This document shows, piece by piece, positions 19,069 through 30,150 of a stretch of 64,000 bases of DNA. The stretch lies in the IMG/VR virus record IMGVR_UViG_3300035703_000003. One strand, written 5' to 3'. The position numbers and the translations under genes are program-made. The stretch comes from a virus (taxonomy: Duplodnaviria; Heunggongvirae; Uroviricota; Caudoviricetes). The notes below the pieces were generated by a model. The model saw nothing but the letters and a program-made list of their open reading frames with translations, made no database searches and was not told the DNA's origin. The stretch's first letter is position 1; every line of letters starts with the position of its first letter.

Positions 19069-22000
19069 GTCAAAATTACAAAGCAAATCCTACTGTAGCA
19101 CCTCTTATTTCAAGACCAGGTGAAAGTAGCGAATACGTAGGTGCAAGAAGTGTAATGAACTTATTGCCTAATATTTTTAATACTCCGGTTAATAAAAAGT
19201 TTTTAGAATCTACATTAGATCAATTGATGTCTAGTGGTAGTTTACAAGCTATAAACCATTACTTAGGACATGAAGATAGTAGAATAAGCATAGATGACTT
19301 ATACTTAGACGATAATAGAACTAGCGATCAATATCAGTTTGTTCCAGGTGTTATTAACAAAGACGATAACGGAAATGTAACAGATGTGATATCATACGAC
19401 GATATTATTAATGGTTTAAGATTTGGTGGTGCAACCGTTGAGCAACCTAATAGATTGCTTAATGAGCCAGCATATACATTGGACTTACCTATTAACTACG
19501 ATATGTTTATTAACTATCATAGATATTTTTGGCTATTGGACTTTTTACCTGTATGCGAAATAAACGCAACAGTAGGAAATCCTATCACTATAGCAAATAT
19601 TGTTGGACAAATTTCTTACACTACTCCTACATTGTCAAATAGTAAAACATTAGAATTTCGCAACGGAATGCGTGTAGCATTTAAAACAAACTGCACAGGT
19701 AATGTGACATATCCGGTTGATGACATTTATATTGTAGAAGGTGTAGGACAGCCTACTGGTATTAAACTTATCAGACAGTATGATGACAGTGCTGCAGAAA
19801 CAACATTTGTTACTAACACAATTTATGTGTTGACCCGTAATGACGATAGCGAGACGCCTGCAGATATTCAAGATGACAGAATCATTGTTAGAGATTATGT
19901 AGTTGAGCGCAGAGACAGCATAGATCAAAGTGCTTGGGCAAGAAGTAACGCTTGGGTTAGAGACGATGTTGCTATTGAAGTATGTGAATTTAACAGCGAA
20001 GATCCATTTGATTACATTGTTGAACCATTCAGGGCAATACGACCTATTATTGAATATCGTGCAAATATAGAAAAATACAATTACGGTAAGCAGCACTTAA
20101 CCTCAGTTACCCATATGTTTGATTCTATTTCAAATCCATTAACAGCAATTGTTGGCCAGTCGACATGGAATCTTGCAGCCCATAGTATTACTGTTGAATG
20201 GGATCTAATCGGTTACAACAAAGGCGATCAAGTCAAGGTAACAGTGGGCGGTAATGTAACTTATTGGGACTGTGTACAATCTCATACCAATGGAAAAAAT
20301 CCTACATTTTTTGAAAACAGAATTTACTGGAGAGAAGTGTCAGCTAAACTATTAGTAAACGGCGACACAATACTGTTTGCTAATAATGCAACATCTACAT
20401 ATAACAAAAAGATTTTTAGAGTCAGTGGTGTAGGTAGTAGCATTGCATTGACTGAAATCTTTAATACTACTAACTATAGCTTGTATGATAAAGTTATTGT
20501 AAAAATAGGTTACAACAATGTGTTTGGCGATTCGACCGACAGTTTAATTTATGCTGGTAGTGAATGGTATTGGGACGGAACAAACTGGATCTATGGACAG
20601 CAAAAAGATTCCAGAAGTGTTGCTCCTAAATTTAATCTCTACGACCACGAACAAGTTTTATTATCAGATACAACAACATATCCTAATACAACATTTGAAG
20701 GCGATACTATATTTGATTATGCAAGAACATCTGGTGTAGTAGATTACGCCTTAGGGTTTGCGCCCAGGTATGTTGATTATGGTAATAACCCAGGATATGA
20801 GTTTGATTTCGGTTTAGGTGCAAAAAGATACGATTATAACAACATTAACGAAAATACCGGATATCAGGCCGACTCTGATGTTAGTACCATAGAAGTAATT
20901 AAAGGATATTATTACTATAAAAATCTAGATACAGGTCTTTATTACAACGGCTGGGTGCAACTTCGTGGCGATCAACCTATCGAAAAGCATATACGATACA
21001 CTGTAACTAGTATCGAATCGGATCATGTGTTCGACATAGGCACTACAAATATTAACTTAGATAACAAATTTAAATTTAAATTAAGCAATGGTGGTAATCT
21101 AAAAGTTTATAGTGAAAATACACTTAACGAGCGTGATAAACCGGAACTGATTAACGGAATTAATCCTGCATTGTTTATGAGCAAAGGCAGAACATATATT
21201 GTTCAAACAATGTTTGATATAACTGATTTTGAATTAGTTAATGTAGATGGTTCTGCAATTTCTACCGGATTAACAGTTACATCGACATCGACTAACACTC
21301 AAACAATAGCAATTAGCAGTTCAATTGCCATTGACTATATTAAGTATAGATTAGTGTCAGATAACACTGTATTTGGAATAATTTATTTAGATGCTAATAC
21401 TTCGTCAAAAAATCTAACAGTAAAGATAAATGGAGTTGAATCAGATGATTACACACTATCTGGCACACGAGTTACTGTAGAAAACATATACCCGTTAGAT
21501 ACTATTATTGAAATTAGTTGGTCATCATACGACATATTAACATCAGACCAGGGGATTTTCCATACTGCAGATACTCATGTGTATAATCCGCAAAACGAGT
21601 GGTTAACTAATGCAACATTCGGCGATTTGCAAGCACACATTAAATCTCAAATGTCAAATATACCTGGATTTAGTGGTGACTATTTCGGTTCTAACAATTA
21701 CACACAGTTGCCTCAAATTCATGAGTTTGGCGGTACAATACGTCAACAACCTTTTAGTACAGAATTATTAGCGGTAACACTCGATGATGAAAACACAAAT
21801 CCTTTTGCAAGTTTAAAGTTTATAGCAAACAGTTATGCTAAATTTAGGCAACAACTATTACGTAAAACTACACAACTACACTATACTCAACCAATCGATG
21901 TTCCAATGTATAAACTAGTCGACATGGCATTGGATCAACTGAATTTAGGTAAAACTAATAATTCACCATTTGCATACAGCAATGTGTTATTATACCGAGA

Positions 22001-25000
22001 TTTTAAAGAAGTTGAATATGTTTGGGTAACTGGTGATGATAAAATTTTTGATTTACCGGAAACTATTAATAAGTACAGTGATCTAGAAAATCATGTTCAT
22101 GTTTACGTGTATGATCTTGATGGCGGTGCTGCAGAACCGTATTGGAGACCATTGGTCAAAGGATCAGACTATTCGTTTGATAACAAAAAGAAAATTAACA
22201 TCTCTGATTCGTTTACTGCTGATGTTAACGGTAAAGTTAAAGTTTTAATTAGATGGTTCCCTATAGATAGTGTTAGTTTTTTTCCACCTAGTGCAGTTAC
22301 ATTAGGTTTATCTACACCGTACTATCCTCAGATACTTTCAAATTTTGACCCTGACGGTGCTGGTCCTTCTGGTAATGATGCAATCATAGGACACGACGGG
22401 GCAGTTTATGTATTACTTAATACTGATATTGCTAATAGAGATTCTGCAAGTTTTGATATTGAAGGTGCAACAATATGGGAACTGGAAACTAGAATTTTTA
22501 ATAACCTTTCGCTCAATGGCAGTAACGTGATAGATTACTTAGAAGCAATGCCTAATGCTAGTAGAAAAACTCCATACACATGGCACGAACTAAATGCAGC
22601 CATGGAGAGCGAGTTTAACAGTTGGAAAATCAGGAACGCAATTACATCACTAAACGATGAAACCTTTTATAATTCATTAAATGAATTTACATGGAATTAT
22701 AGCAGTATTACTCCTTACATTGGCGGATGGAAAGGCATATATCATTATTATTTTAACACCGACAGACCTCATACCCACCCGTGGGAAATGTTAGGATACA
22801 AACAAAAGCCATTATGGTGGGATACATACTATACATGGCTCAGTACTGCAAATGGCGGTAATGACGCAAAGCGTACAGCACTTATTGAAGCATTAAAAAC
22901 CGGTCACTATAATAATCCAGCAGAATCAGATAAAAAATATGATATTACATACTGTTATTCTGCATTTAACTGGAGTAGTAATGTAATAGTCACTACGGCT
23001 GGTATATTAAACGGACCTGTTACAGCGGGCATAGTCACTGCACCTACTACCGCAGAAAAGCAAAAAGAGTTTGTATACGGCGATTGGGGCCCGGTGGAAG
23101 CTAGATGGAGACGTAGTTCTGAATACAATATAAATCGTGCGTTAGGATTGTTAAGATTAAGACCGTTGTGGTTGCTTAATAGCTATTTCGACAGTAACAA
23201 TAGAAAATTTGACTATCACCCATTAGTAGCTACACCGCAAGTATTATTCGAAGATACTGGATTAATAGGCAATAACACAAATCCAAAATTAAGTTATAGA
23301 AAATATGAAGATAGTATTATTGAACTTATAAATGTTAGACATGGTGGAGCAGGTTATACTAGTAATACACGTATAGAGATATATGGTAACTTCGGCAGTG
23401 GAGCAACTGCAGAAGCCATTGTAGAAGATGGTAGCATCATCGCAGTAACAATTACAAATCCGGGTAGTAATTATCAGAGTAAGCCGACTATTGTTGCGGT
23501 CGATGATACCGCAACAATTACAGAAGAAGCATCATTCGAAGCTATACTGTCATCTGATGTCAGAAGATACTATAGCGGGGTGAGTAATGCTGTTATCGAA
23601 TTTGGAGTATTTAATACTGTCAAAATTGATTCTATAATAGAAAAATTTGAAACAGCTATGTATAATCCTGTAATTAAGATAGGAGGGTTTATTAACAAAG
23701 CAAATCAGCGGTTTGTATTAGATAGCAGTCAAGACAAAGGCAAAGTAACAATACCAGAAGAAAATTATGTTGTATCTTTATATAAGAGTCAGCCTATCTT
23801 TGATACATTCTATGGTGCAATAAAAATAACATTAACAGATGAAGGCTACATGATATCCGGATATGATACTAGTAAAATGTATTTAGAATATAATCCAGTA
23901 TCATACAATAGTAAAAAAACTATTGTCCCTATAGGGAACACTAATATTATAAAATATAAAGAATTTACCAGTGATGTTGTCAGACTAGAATATAACACAG
24001 TTTTAGTTAAAGAACAAGATGTATATGACATTGTCAGAGGCTACGGACATTACCTAAATACCTTTGGTTGGATCCCAAATTGGGACACAGCCGCAACAAC
24101 ATTCTTATCTTGGACAGAAGATTCACCTACAATCGGCGATATCATCAACGTTATTCCTGCAACAGATTCTATTGAAATTTCAGAAGGTGTTACTGGTTAC
24201 TTTGATAACTTACAAAATAAGTATGACGGCGTGTATAACTTAATCGATCAAAATGGTCGACAAGTACTACCTAACAAAGTAATAGTCGAAAGACAAGTGT
24301 TAGAACAAGCAGACGCTGTAACTAAAATCACACCAAAGTCATCGGATTTAACATTGTATGGTATAAGAATGTATTCTGTAGAATTAGAACATGTTGTAGT
24401 GTTTGAAAATTACACAGGGTTCGACGATGTAATTTATAATCCTGCACTAGGACAGTTACATGCAAGAATAAAGTGGATCGGCAGCAGAACTAAAAACTGG
24501 AATGGTAAACTTTATGCACCAGGCTACATTGTAGACAACAATACCATTTATAATAACTTTGACAGAACAGTAGCAGACATTGATCAAATTTACGATGTCG
24601 GCAATAACATTGTAAACAATTCTGTAAAAAATGCTGCAAGATCTAATATTGGATATAATACACCGTCTTGGAAACAATACACAACGCTTGACGATAATAC
24701 TGTATTTGAATTTGTTAAGGGTATAGGAAAATACAAAGGAACTAAGTATGCATTAAATGCATTCTTAAGAAATACTTCTATATTTGGAACACAAGCAGAT
24801 GTTAGCTTGTTCGAAGAATGGGCAATCAGAACTGCAGATTATGGCGACACAAGATCAAGAGATACAGTTGAATTTAATGTTAACAAAGATTTAGTGTTAA
24901 CAAGTCCGCAAGTAATAAGGCTTAGAGACACAAACGAAAGCGATGCATTGAGTGATGTGTATATCGATATCACTCCTAATAGCGAGTTGTTAGTTACCGG

Positions 25001-28000
25001 AACTGTTGGCAATAACTTCCAAACAAGATTGCCTAAAGTGTTCTCATACGACACTTTGAGTGCAGAAAGTCCTTATAAAAATGACTTCATTACTTCCGGA
25101 ACACCATTGACTACAGAAACAGATTATCGTGTATTAGATTACGCTGCATTTGCTATGTTCCCTGAACAAGAAAGCAACTATTACGATTTCAGCGGTAGTT
25201 GGCAAGACATTAAACAGTGGGACAATAAAACATCATACAAATATGGTGATAGAGTAATTTATCAAGGCCGTGTCTGGGAAATGGTAGATGCGAACAGTAG
25301 CACAGGATTAACAACTCCGAACGATCCTATCATTGTTACTGGAACAATTTCATTGCCTGTCGTAGCCAATGGCAGAACGTTAATATTAGATGGAAACACC
25401 ATTACATTTAATAATTCAACTACATCAACAACATCTACAACCGTATCTGTTACTGGAACAAATGATATTAGCACTACTAATGTTGTTACATCTGGTTCTA
25501 CGTTAGTGTTAGGGGCAACTTCAGCTACTGCAGAAACTATTGTATTCAGTAATACCGCATCGTCGACTACATACAATAATATAGTTGTAACTGGAAATGT
25601 TATTAACCCTACATTTGTAGGAAGTTCGACAGAAAAGTTAACAATAGACAGTATTGACGTGCTGTTTAATCAGACAACAAGTACTACAACTAATATTACT
25701 GCACAAGCTGCATTTGAAAATGCATTTAACAGTTGGGTAATAAACAACACTACCGGATTAAAGCTATCTGCAGCGAACGCAAGAATTTCAGCTATTGAAA
25801 ATCTCAGAAGCGCATATACCGGAACTTGGTCAACATTTTTATCAAGTTACTTTAGTAGTAGTGTTTCGGGAATAAACATAAGTCTACTGTTAAGCGAAAT
25901 AGCGGCTACACCTAGCTATCAAACACAAGTAGAAGCATTACTAGATAGTGACATAACACTAATAAACAATTATGCCAATAAAACATATATTACTGCAAAT
26001 GTTATCGCAGGATCGGAAACAGTTCTAGCAGGAGATATCACAACTGCTCAGACATTAATGGCTGCGGGAACATATACAGAGGATGTTAAAGACTGGTTAG
26101 TAGCAAACACTTCAACTGCGTTCACTACATCGACCGTTGTGTTTACTTCTTCTGGAACAACATTTGTGACGTATACTATAACAGATATTGTTAATAGAAT
26201 CAATAGTGCAAGTATACCAAATGTCACAGCATCCAACAGTGCAGGCAGTTTAAGATTAACAAAAACCACTATTACTCCTGCAACACAATTTAGTCTAGTT
26301 ATTGCTAGCGCATCTGCTAATAGTGATGTAGGATTAGACGCTGGCACATATGTTAGTGGTAGTTCGACGTCAACCACTACTCCAAACTTGTCTATCGCAC
26401 AAGTTATATCACAAATTAATGCTGCGGGTATATCTGGTATAACTGCAGCGGCACTAGCACCGACTGGTATATTACTCACTATATCTAGTACAAATAGTTC
26501 ATTATATATAGGCAATGGCACTGCAAATAGTGTCATTGGGTTAACAACCGGTGTTACTGCAGCAACGTCAACAGTAACAACAGTTAACATCAGTAGCTAT
26601 ATAAATGATATTGTTACACAAGTTAATTTAGCTAATATCTCGGGTGTTAGAGCTGCAAATAGTAATAATAGAGTTAAAATAACAAGCACAAATCCTACAC
26701 TGATTATTGGTGCAGGTACTGCTAATAGTGACATCGGTTTCACTGCACAAACATATACTGCAACACAAACAACAGTTAGTAACATATTTGAGGCAATTGT
26801 CGACGGAGAAGTTATATTCCGCAGAATGGACTATGATCCTAACGTATTCAGCATATGGATTGCAAAATGGAAAGCCGACGAGCTAACAAGTTCTCAAATC
26901 AACAGCGATGTTGGATTTGCAGCATATCAAACAATGGATATGGGATGGTATATTACTCGTGCATGTGCAGGTATAGATGCTGCAGATGATGCACAACTTA
27001 CAATAGCAACACCATCTGGCGCTGCCGCTGCACATAGTCTACAAGTAGGAGACTTTGTGTTAATCAGAGGAAGCAATACAGAGCCCAATATAGATGGTAT
27101 ACACCGTGTTACTGGTATTGACACCAACAATACTAATAAGTTCTTTATCGATGTTTATATTAATAAAGAAGGCAATGTAGGAAACGTTTATCCTATCAGA
27201 AATGTAAGATTCTCATCGTATCAAGATTTGTTAGCTAATTACAATTCTACAAATGCGGCAAACATGTATTACTATAACTTTGCTGGTTATAGACAAAACA
27301 CAACAACAAGACCAATATATGTGTTTGTCGATAGAATCAGTGATGTTAAACCAGTATCAGGTGTCTACAAGTTCTATGGTAGTTTCTCTACAGTAACCGG
27401 GCATAACGGCAGTTGGCAACTAGTTAGAGAAGGTAATGAGCAAGCTCGTAACGACCTATTAGAAAATGTTAAAGTATATGATGCGATTAACAAAACATTA
27501 ATCACTACTATCGAAACATTCGATCCAGCAAAAGGTATACTTCCAGGCTTCATTGACAATGAAATTGACTTTGCAACAACTGCAGATTTTGCAGTTTATA
27601 ATTACGACAGTGTTAACGGTAATAGCGAGTCTAGAAAAACATGGGGAGCAGATCAACTAGGTTTACGTTGGTGGGATCTGAATACAGCAATTTACTTAGA
27701 TTATGAGCAAGGTCCTTTAGACTATCAACAAAACAACTGGGGTAGATTGTTTGACGGCGCATCAGTCGACATTTATGAATGGACTGAAAGCACTGTATTA
27801 CCAGACCAATGGGAACAGTTAGTAAAAGCAAACGCAACTGTTAACGGCAGACGTATTACTGGTGAAGTTTACAAAGTTAAAAACAACGACGAATACATTT
27901 ACTATTGGACAGAAGCTTCAATTCTCGATCCTGTACAAAACAGAACTAAAACTGTTTATTACTTCTGGGTTAAGAATAAATTAGATACTGTAGGTAATAG

Positions 28001-30128
28001 AGTTTATAATACAAAACAGCTATCTAATTACCTAACAAATCCGAATAGTTTCGAACAGCTATGGGCAGCAGCTTCGCAATCAAGTAACTTGCTGATTAAC
28101 AATTTAGATAAAGTTGTAGGTGATAATACAGTCGTTCAGATTAATCAAATTGTTGAAAGTGACGCTTTACCTTTAAGTGAATGGGTATTACTACACGACA
28201 GCGATCCTGTAGAATTAATACCAGAGCAACTACACATTAAAATGCGTGACAGCATTGTAGGGTGGAATAATGCTGTTAAGAGATATTCATATACAAATTA
28301 TAACAGCTTAACAACATACAGCATTGATGACGTAGTAATTGACGGCAGCGGTCGCTATTATATTAGTCTGAAGAACAGTAATTTAAATCATACTCCTTCA
28401 GCGGATACTGCGATGACTTATTGGAGGCGTATATATGAGTATGAGCTTCCGGCAGATACTCCTGCAGACGATATAGATGTTTGGATGGGTCAACCACTGC
28501 CAGATCTTAACTTACATCCGTTTAACAGATACGGTCATTTAACTAGACCAAATCAAAGTTTAGTTAGAGATTTAAAAACTGCAAGACAAAACTTTGTCTA
28601 TGCAGCAAATGATCTATTATCTAGGATTTGTATAATTAACGAAATACCAGACTGGGATACGATTTTTGAAGAAATTATCACCGATGGAGTTATCGATTAT
28701 GATATGGACAAGTATTGGATTTATAGTGATTGGTATCGTAAAGAATACAATAACGATGGGTCTTTATTAAGCGTGTTTGACAAATCAATACTGCCCGATT
28801 TGTATGTTGATATTAAACAAGAGCTGATACCAGAATTAGGAGAAGATCCGTTATCAACTGAAGAGGGTACACTTGTTTATGTTAAAACTGCATTGCACAG
28901 TGACGGTGTAAATAGACCAGAGATTTACAAACTAGTTAATGACGAATGGGTAATACAATGGAAATCTAAAGGCACAATACAGTTGAGCGAAGAACTTTGG
29001 AATTTAGAAAAGTTCGGATACGGATTTGATGTAGGTCCGTTTGATATGAGCGGGTTCGACGCTGAGCCTAGTCCAGTTATAAAAGCCATATTTGATTTAT
29101 TAAGAAATAAAGTATTTGTAGGTCAATACAAGTCTTACTATAATAAACTTTGGTTCAAGTGTTTATATCACTCAGTGACTGATAATGCTACTGATGATTT
29201 TGCTTTTAAAACAACTTATGCAAAAATTCGTATAGAACATCCTGTTCTAACAAATGCAATAAACTATCAACCATCAGGCACCGAAATAGTCGAAGAGTTC
29301 TTCAATTCAATAAAGCCATATCATACTAAACTACATAGTATTGATCGTGCTGTAACTCATATGGATGAAAACGATATAGAAGTAACCGAACTAGATTTAG
29401 ATTCAGAAATTACACTAAGATATAATAGTCATGGCGTTAAAGATTATGAAGACTTTGATGAAATATTAACAGGCGGCACATTTACAAGTGTAGTAACTAA
29501 TACAGATAGTTCAACATTTACTACGTTAGATGCAGCTCTTGAATATATATATGATGGTAACGGATTTAATACAGTAGTTAGAGATAACTGGGGTGACGAA
29601 TTATATCCTATCGATTACTCAGAAAACATTCGTATTCGTGTTCAAACTAATAGTAGTGGCAGCACGGTAACAAGTGACACAAGAACATTTGATATGGTTT
29701 ACTATTCTCCGTATCAAATTGAAGAAAGCACAGTTGTTGTCGATACTGCAAAAACAACATTGTCTAGCAGCATAAGTGCTACATCAACTAGTATAGCTGT
29801 AATAAATGCGTTAGTGTTAGCTGCACCAGTAACTGGTCAATTCGGAGTTGTTTGGATAGATAATGAACGTATAGAATACCGTGCTATAGAAGGCAATACA
29901 TTACGCTATTGTACAAGAGGAACACTTGGAACAAGTGCAACAACACACGCTTCAGGTGCAACTGTAACCGATGCAAGTTGGGTTTATAAAATCCCAACAC
30001 TAGAACATTTTATCGATTATGGTAATGATTTGGGTTTTGCCTATAATGATACAGGAATAAGCCTAAGTGCAACAGGAACAACACCTATGCATATATTCAT
30101 AAGAAATGCAGGTTCCGGAACGTTATAA
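19065..30128 (+). CDS. Giant (3687 aa) baseplate/virion structural protein
   Basis: Follows gp6 with a 4-nt overlap. LLPNIFNTPVNKKFL start, NYHRYFWL, EEWAIR, KPYHTKL motifs; internal CBM5/12-like motifs and IN-type repeats. Confidence 0.75.
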   Translation: MSQNYKANPTVAPLISRPGESSEYVGARSVMNLLPNIFNTPVNKKFLESTLDQLMSSGSLQAINHYLGHEDSRISIDDLYLDDNRTSDQYQFVPGVINKDDNGNVTDVISYDDIINGLRFGGATVEQPNRLLNEPAYTLDLPINYDMFINYHRYFWLLDFLPVCEINATVGNPITIANIVGQISYTTPTLSNSKTLEFRNGMRVAFKTNCTGNVTYPVDDIYIVEGVGQPTGIKLIRQYDDSAAETTFVTNTIYVLTRNDDSETPADIQDDRIIVRDYVVERRDSIDQSAWARSNAWVRDDVAIEVCEFNSEDPFDYIVEPFRAIRPIIEYRANIEKYNYGKQHLTSVTHMFDSISNPLTAIVGQSTWNLAAHSITVEWDLIGYNKGDQVKVTVGGNVTYWDCVQSHTNGKNPTFFENRIYWREVSAKLLVNGDTILFANNATSTYNKKIFRVSGVGSSIALTEIFNTTNYSLYDKVIVKIGYNNVFGDSTDSLIYAGSEWYWDGTNWIYGQQKDSRSVAPKFNLYDHEQVLLSDTTTYPNTTFEGDTIFDYARTSGVVDYALGFAPRYVDYGNNPGYEFDFGLGAKRYDYNNINENTGYQADSDVSTIEVIKGYYYYKNLDTGLYYNGWVQLRGDQPIEKHIRYTVTSIESDHVFDIGTTNINLDNKFKFKLSNGGNLKVYSENTLNERDKPELINGINPALFMSKGRTYIVQTMFDITDFELVNVDGSAISTGLTVTSTSTNTQTIAISSSIAIDYIKYRLVSDNTVFGIIYLDANTSSKNLTVKINGVESDDYTLSGTRVTVENIYPLDTIIEISWSSYDILTSDQGIFHTADTHVYNPQNEWLTNATFGDLQAHIKSQMSNIPGFSGDYFGSNNYTQLPQIHEFGGTIRQQPFSTELLAVTLDDENTNPFASLKFIANSYAKFRQQLLRKTTQLHYTQPIDVPMYKLVDMALDQLNLGKTNNSPFAYSNVLLYRDFKEVEYVWVTGDDKIFDLPETINKYSDLENHVHVYVYDLDGGAAEPYWRPLVKGSDYSFDNKKKINISDSFTADVNGKVKVLIRWFPIDSVSFFPPSAVTLGLSTPYYPQILSNFDPDGAGPSGNDAIIGHDGAVYVLLNTDIANRDSASFDIEGATIWELETRIFNNLSLNGSNVIDYLEAMPNASRKTPYTWHELNAAMESEFNSWKIRNAITSLNDETFYNSLNEFTWNYSSITPYIGGWKGIYHYYFNTDRPHTHPWEMLGYKQKPLWWDTYYTWLSTANGGNDAKRTALIEALKTGHYNNPAESDKKYDITYCYSAFNWSSNVIVTTAGILNGPVTAGIVTAPTTAEKQKEFVYGDWGPVEARWRRSSEYNINRALGLLRLRPLWLLNSYFDSNNRKFDYHPLVATPQVLFEDTGLIGNNTNPKLSYRKYEDSIIELINVRHGGAGYTSNTRIEIYGNFGSGATAEAIVEDGSIIAVTITNPGSNYQSKPTIVAVDDTATITEEASFEAILSSDVRRYYSGVSNAVIEFGVFNTVKIDSIIEKFETAMYNPVIKIGGFINKANQRFVLDSSQDKGKVTIPEENYVVSLYKSQPIFDTFYGAIKITLTDEGYMISGYDTSKMYLEYNPVSYNSKKTIVPIGNTNIIKYKEFTSDVVRLEYNTVLVKEQDVYDIVRGYGHYLNTFGWIPNWDTAATTFLSWTEDSPTIGDIINVIPATDSIEISEGVTGYFDNLQNKYDGVYNLIDQNGRQVLPNKVIVERQVLEQADAVTKITPKSSDLTLYGIRMYSVELEHVVVFENYTGFDDVIYNPALGQLHARIKWIGSRTKNWNGKLYAPGYIVDNNTIYNNFDRTVADIDQIYDVGNNIVNNSVKNAARSNIGYNTPSWKQYTTLDDNTVFEFVKGIGKYKGTKYALNAFLRNTSIFGTQADVSLFEEWAIRTADYGDTRSRDTVEFNVNKDLVLTSPQVIRLRDTNESDALSDVYIDITPNSELLVTGTVGNNFQTRLPKVFSYDTLSAESPYKNDFITSGTPLTTETDYRVLDYAAFAMFPEQESNYYDFSGSWQDIKQWDNKTSYKYGDRVIYQGRVWEMVDANSSTGLTTPNDPIIVTGTISLPVVANGRTLILDGNTITFNNSTTSTTSTTVSVTGTNDISTTNVVTSGSTLVLGATSATAETIVFSNTASSTTYNNIVVTGNVINPTFVGSSTEKLTIDSIDVLFNQTTSTTTNITAQAAFENAFNSWVINNTTGLKLSAANARISAIENLRSAYTGTWSTFLSSYFSSSVSGINISLLLSEIAATPSYQTQVEALLDSDITLINNYANKTYITANVIAGSETVLAGDITTAQTLMAAGTYTEDVKDWLVANTSTAFTTSTVVFTSSGTTFVTYTITDIVNRINSASIPNVTASNSAGSLRLTKTTITPATQFSLVIASASANSDVGLDAGTYVSGSSTSTTTPNLSIAQVISQINAAGISGITAAALAPTGILLTISSTNSSLYIGNGTANSVIGLTTGVTAATSTVTTVNISSYINDIVTQVNLANISGVRAANSNNRVKITSTNPTLIIGAGTANSDIGFTAQTYTATQTTVSNIFEAIVDGEVIFRRMDYDPNVFSIWIAKWKADELTSSQINSDVGFAAYQTMDMGWYITRACAGIDAADDAQLTIATPSGAAAAHSLQVGDFVLIRGSNTEPNIDGIHRVTGIDTNNTNKFFIDVYINKEGNVGNVYPIRNVRFSSYQDLLANYNSTNAANMYYYNFAGYRQNTTTRPIYVFVDRISDVKPVSGVYKFYGSFSTVTGHNGSWQLVREGNEQARNDLLENVKVYDAINKTLITTIETFDPAKGILPGFIDNEIDFATTADFAVYNYDSVNGNSESRKTWGADQLGLRWWDLNTAIYLDYEQGPLDYQQNNWGRLFDGASVDIYEWTESTVLPDQWEQLVKANATVNGRRITGEVYKVKNNDEYIYYWTEASILDPVQNRTKTVYYFWVKNKLDTVGNRVYNTKQLSNYLTNPNSFEQLWAAASQSSNLLINNLDKVVGDNTVVQINQIVESDALPLSEWVLLHDSDPVELIPEQLHIKMRDSIVGWNNAVKRYSYTNYNSLTTYSIDDVVIDGSGRYYISLKNSNLNHTPSADTAMTYWRRIYEYELPADTPADDIDVWMGQPLPDLNLHPFNRYGHLTRPNQSLVRDLKTARQNFVYAANDLLSRICIINEIPDWDTIFEEIITDGVIDYDMDKYWIYSDWYRKEYNNDGSLLSVFDKSILPDLYVDIKQELIPELGEDPLSTEEGTLVYVKTALHSDGVNRPEIYKLVNDEWVIQWKSKGTIQLSEELWNLEKFGYGFDVGPFDMSGFDAEPSPVIKAIFDLLRNKVFVGQYKSYYNKLWFKCLYHSVTDNATDDFAFKTTYAKIRIEHPVLTNAINYQPSGTEIVEEFFNSIKPYHTKLHSIDRAVTHMDENDIEVTELDLDSEITLRYNSHGVKDYEDFDEILTGGTFTSVVTNTDSSTFTTLDAALEYIYDGNGFNTVVRDNWGDELYPIDYSENIRIRVQTNSSGSTVTSDTRTFDMVYYSPYQIEESTVVVDTAKTTLSSSISATSTSIAVINALVLAAPVTGQFGVVWIDNERIEYRAIEGNTLRYCTRGTLGTSATTHASGATVTDASWVYKIPTLEHFIDYGNDLGFAYNDTGISLSATGTTPMHIFIRNAGSGTL
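26178..26775 (+). repeat. Three tandem roughly 65-aa IN-motif repeats in the giant protein
   Basis: ITDIVNRINSASIPNVTA / IAQVISQINAAGISGITA / INDIVTQVNLANISGVRA, each followed by ANSxIG(L/F)xxxT. Confidence 0.7.
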
Positions 30129-30131
30129 ATA
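30124..30131 (+). promoter_or_regulatory. Late promoter TATAAATA
   Basis: Exact T4 late consensus, 19 nt upstream of ATG 30151. Confidence 0.65.
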
Positions 30132-30150
30132 TTATAAATGGAAAAAAACT

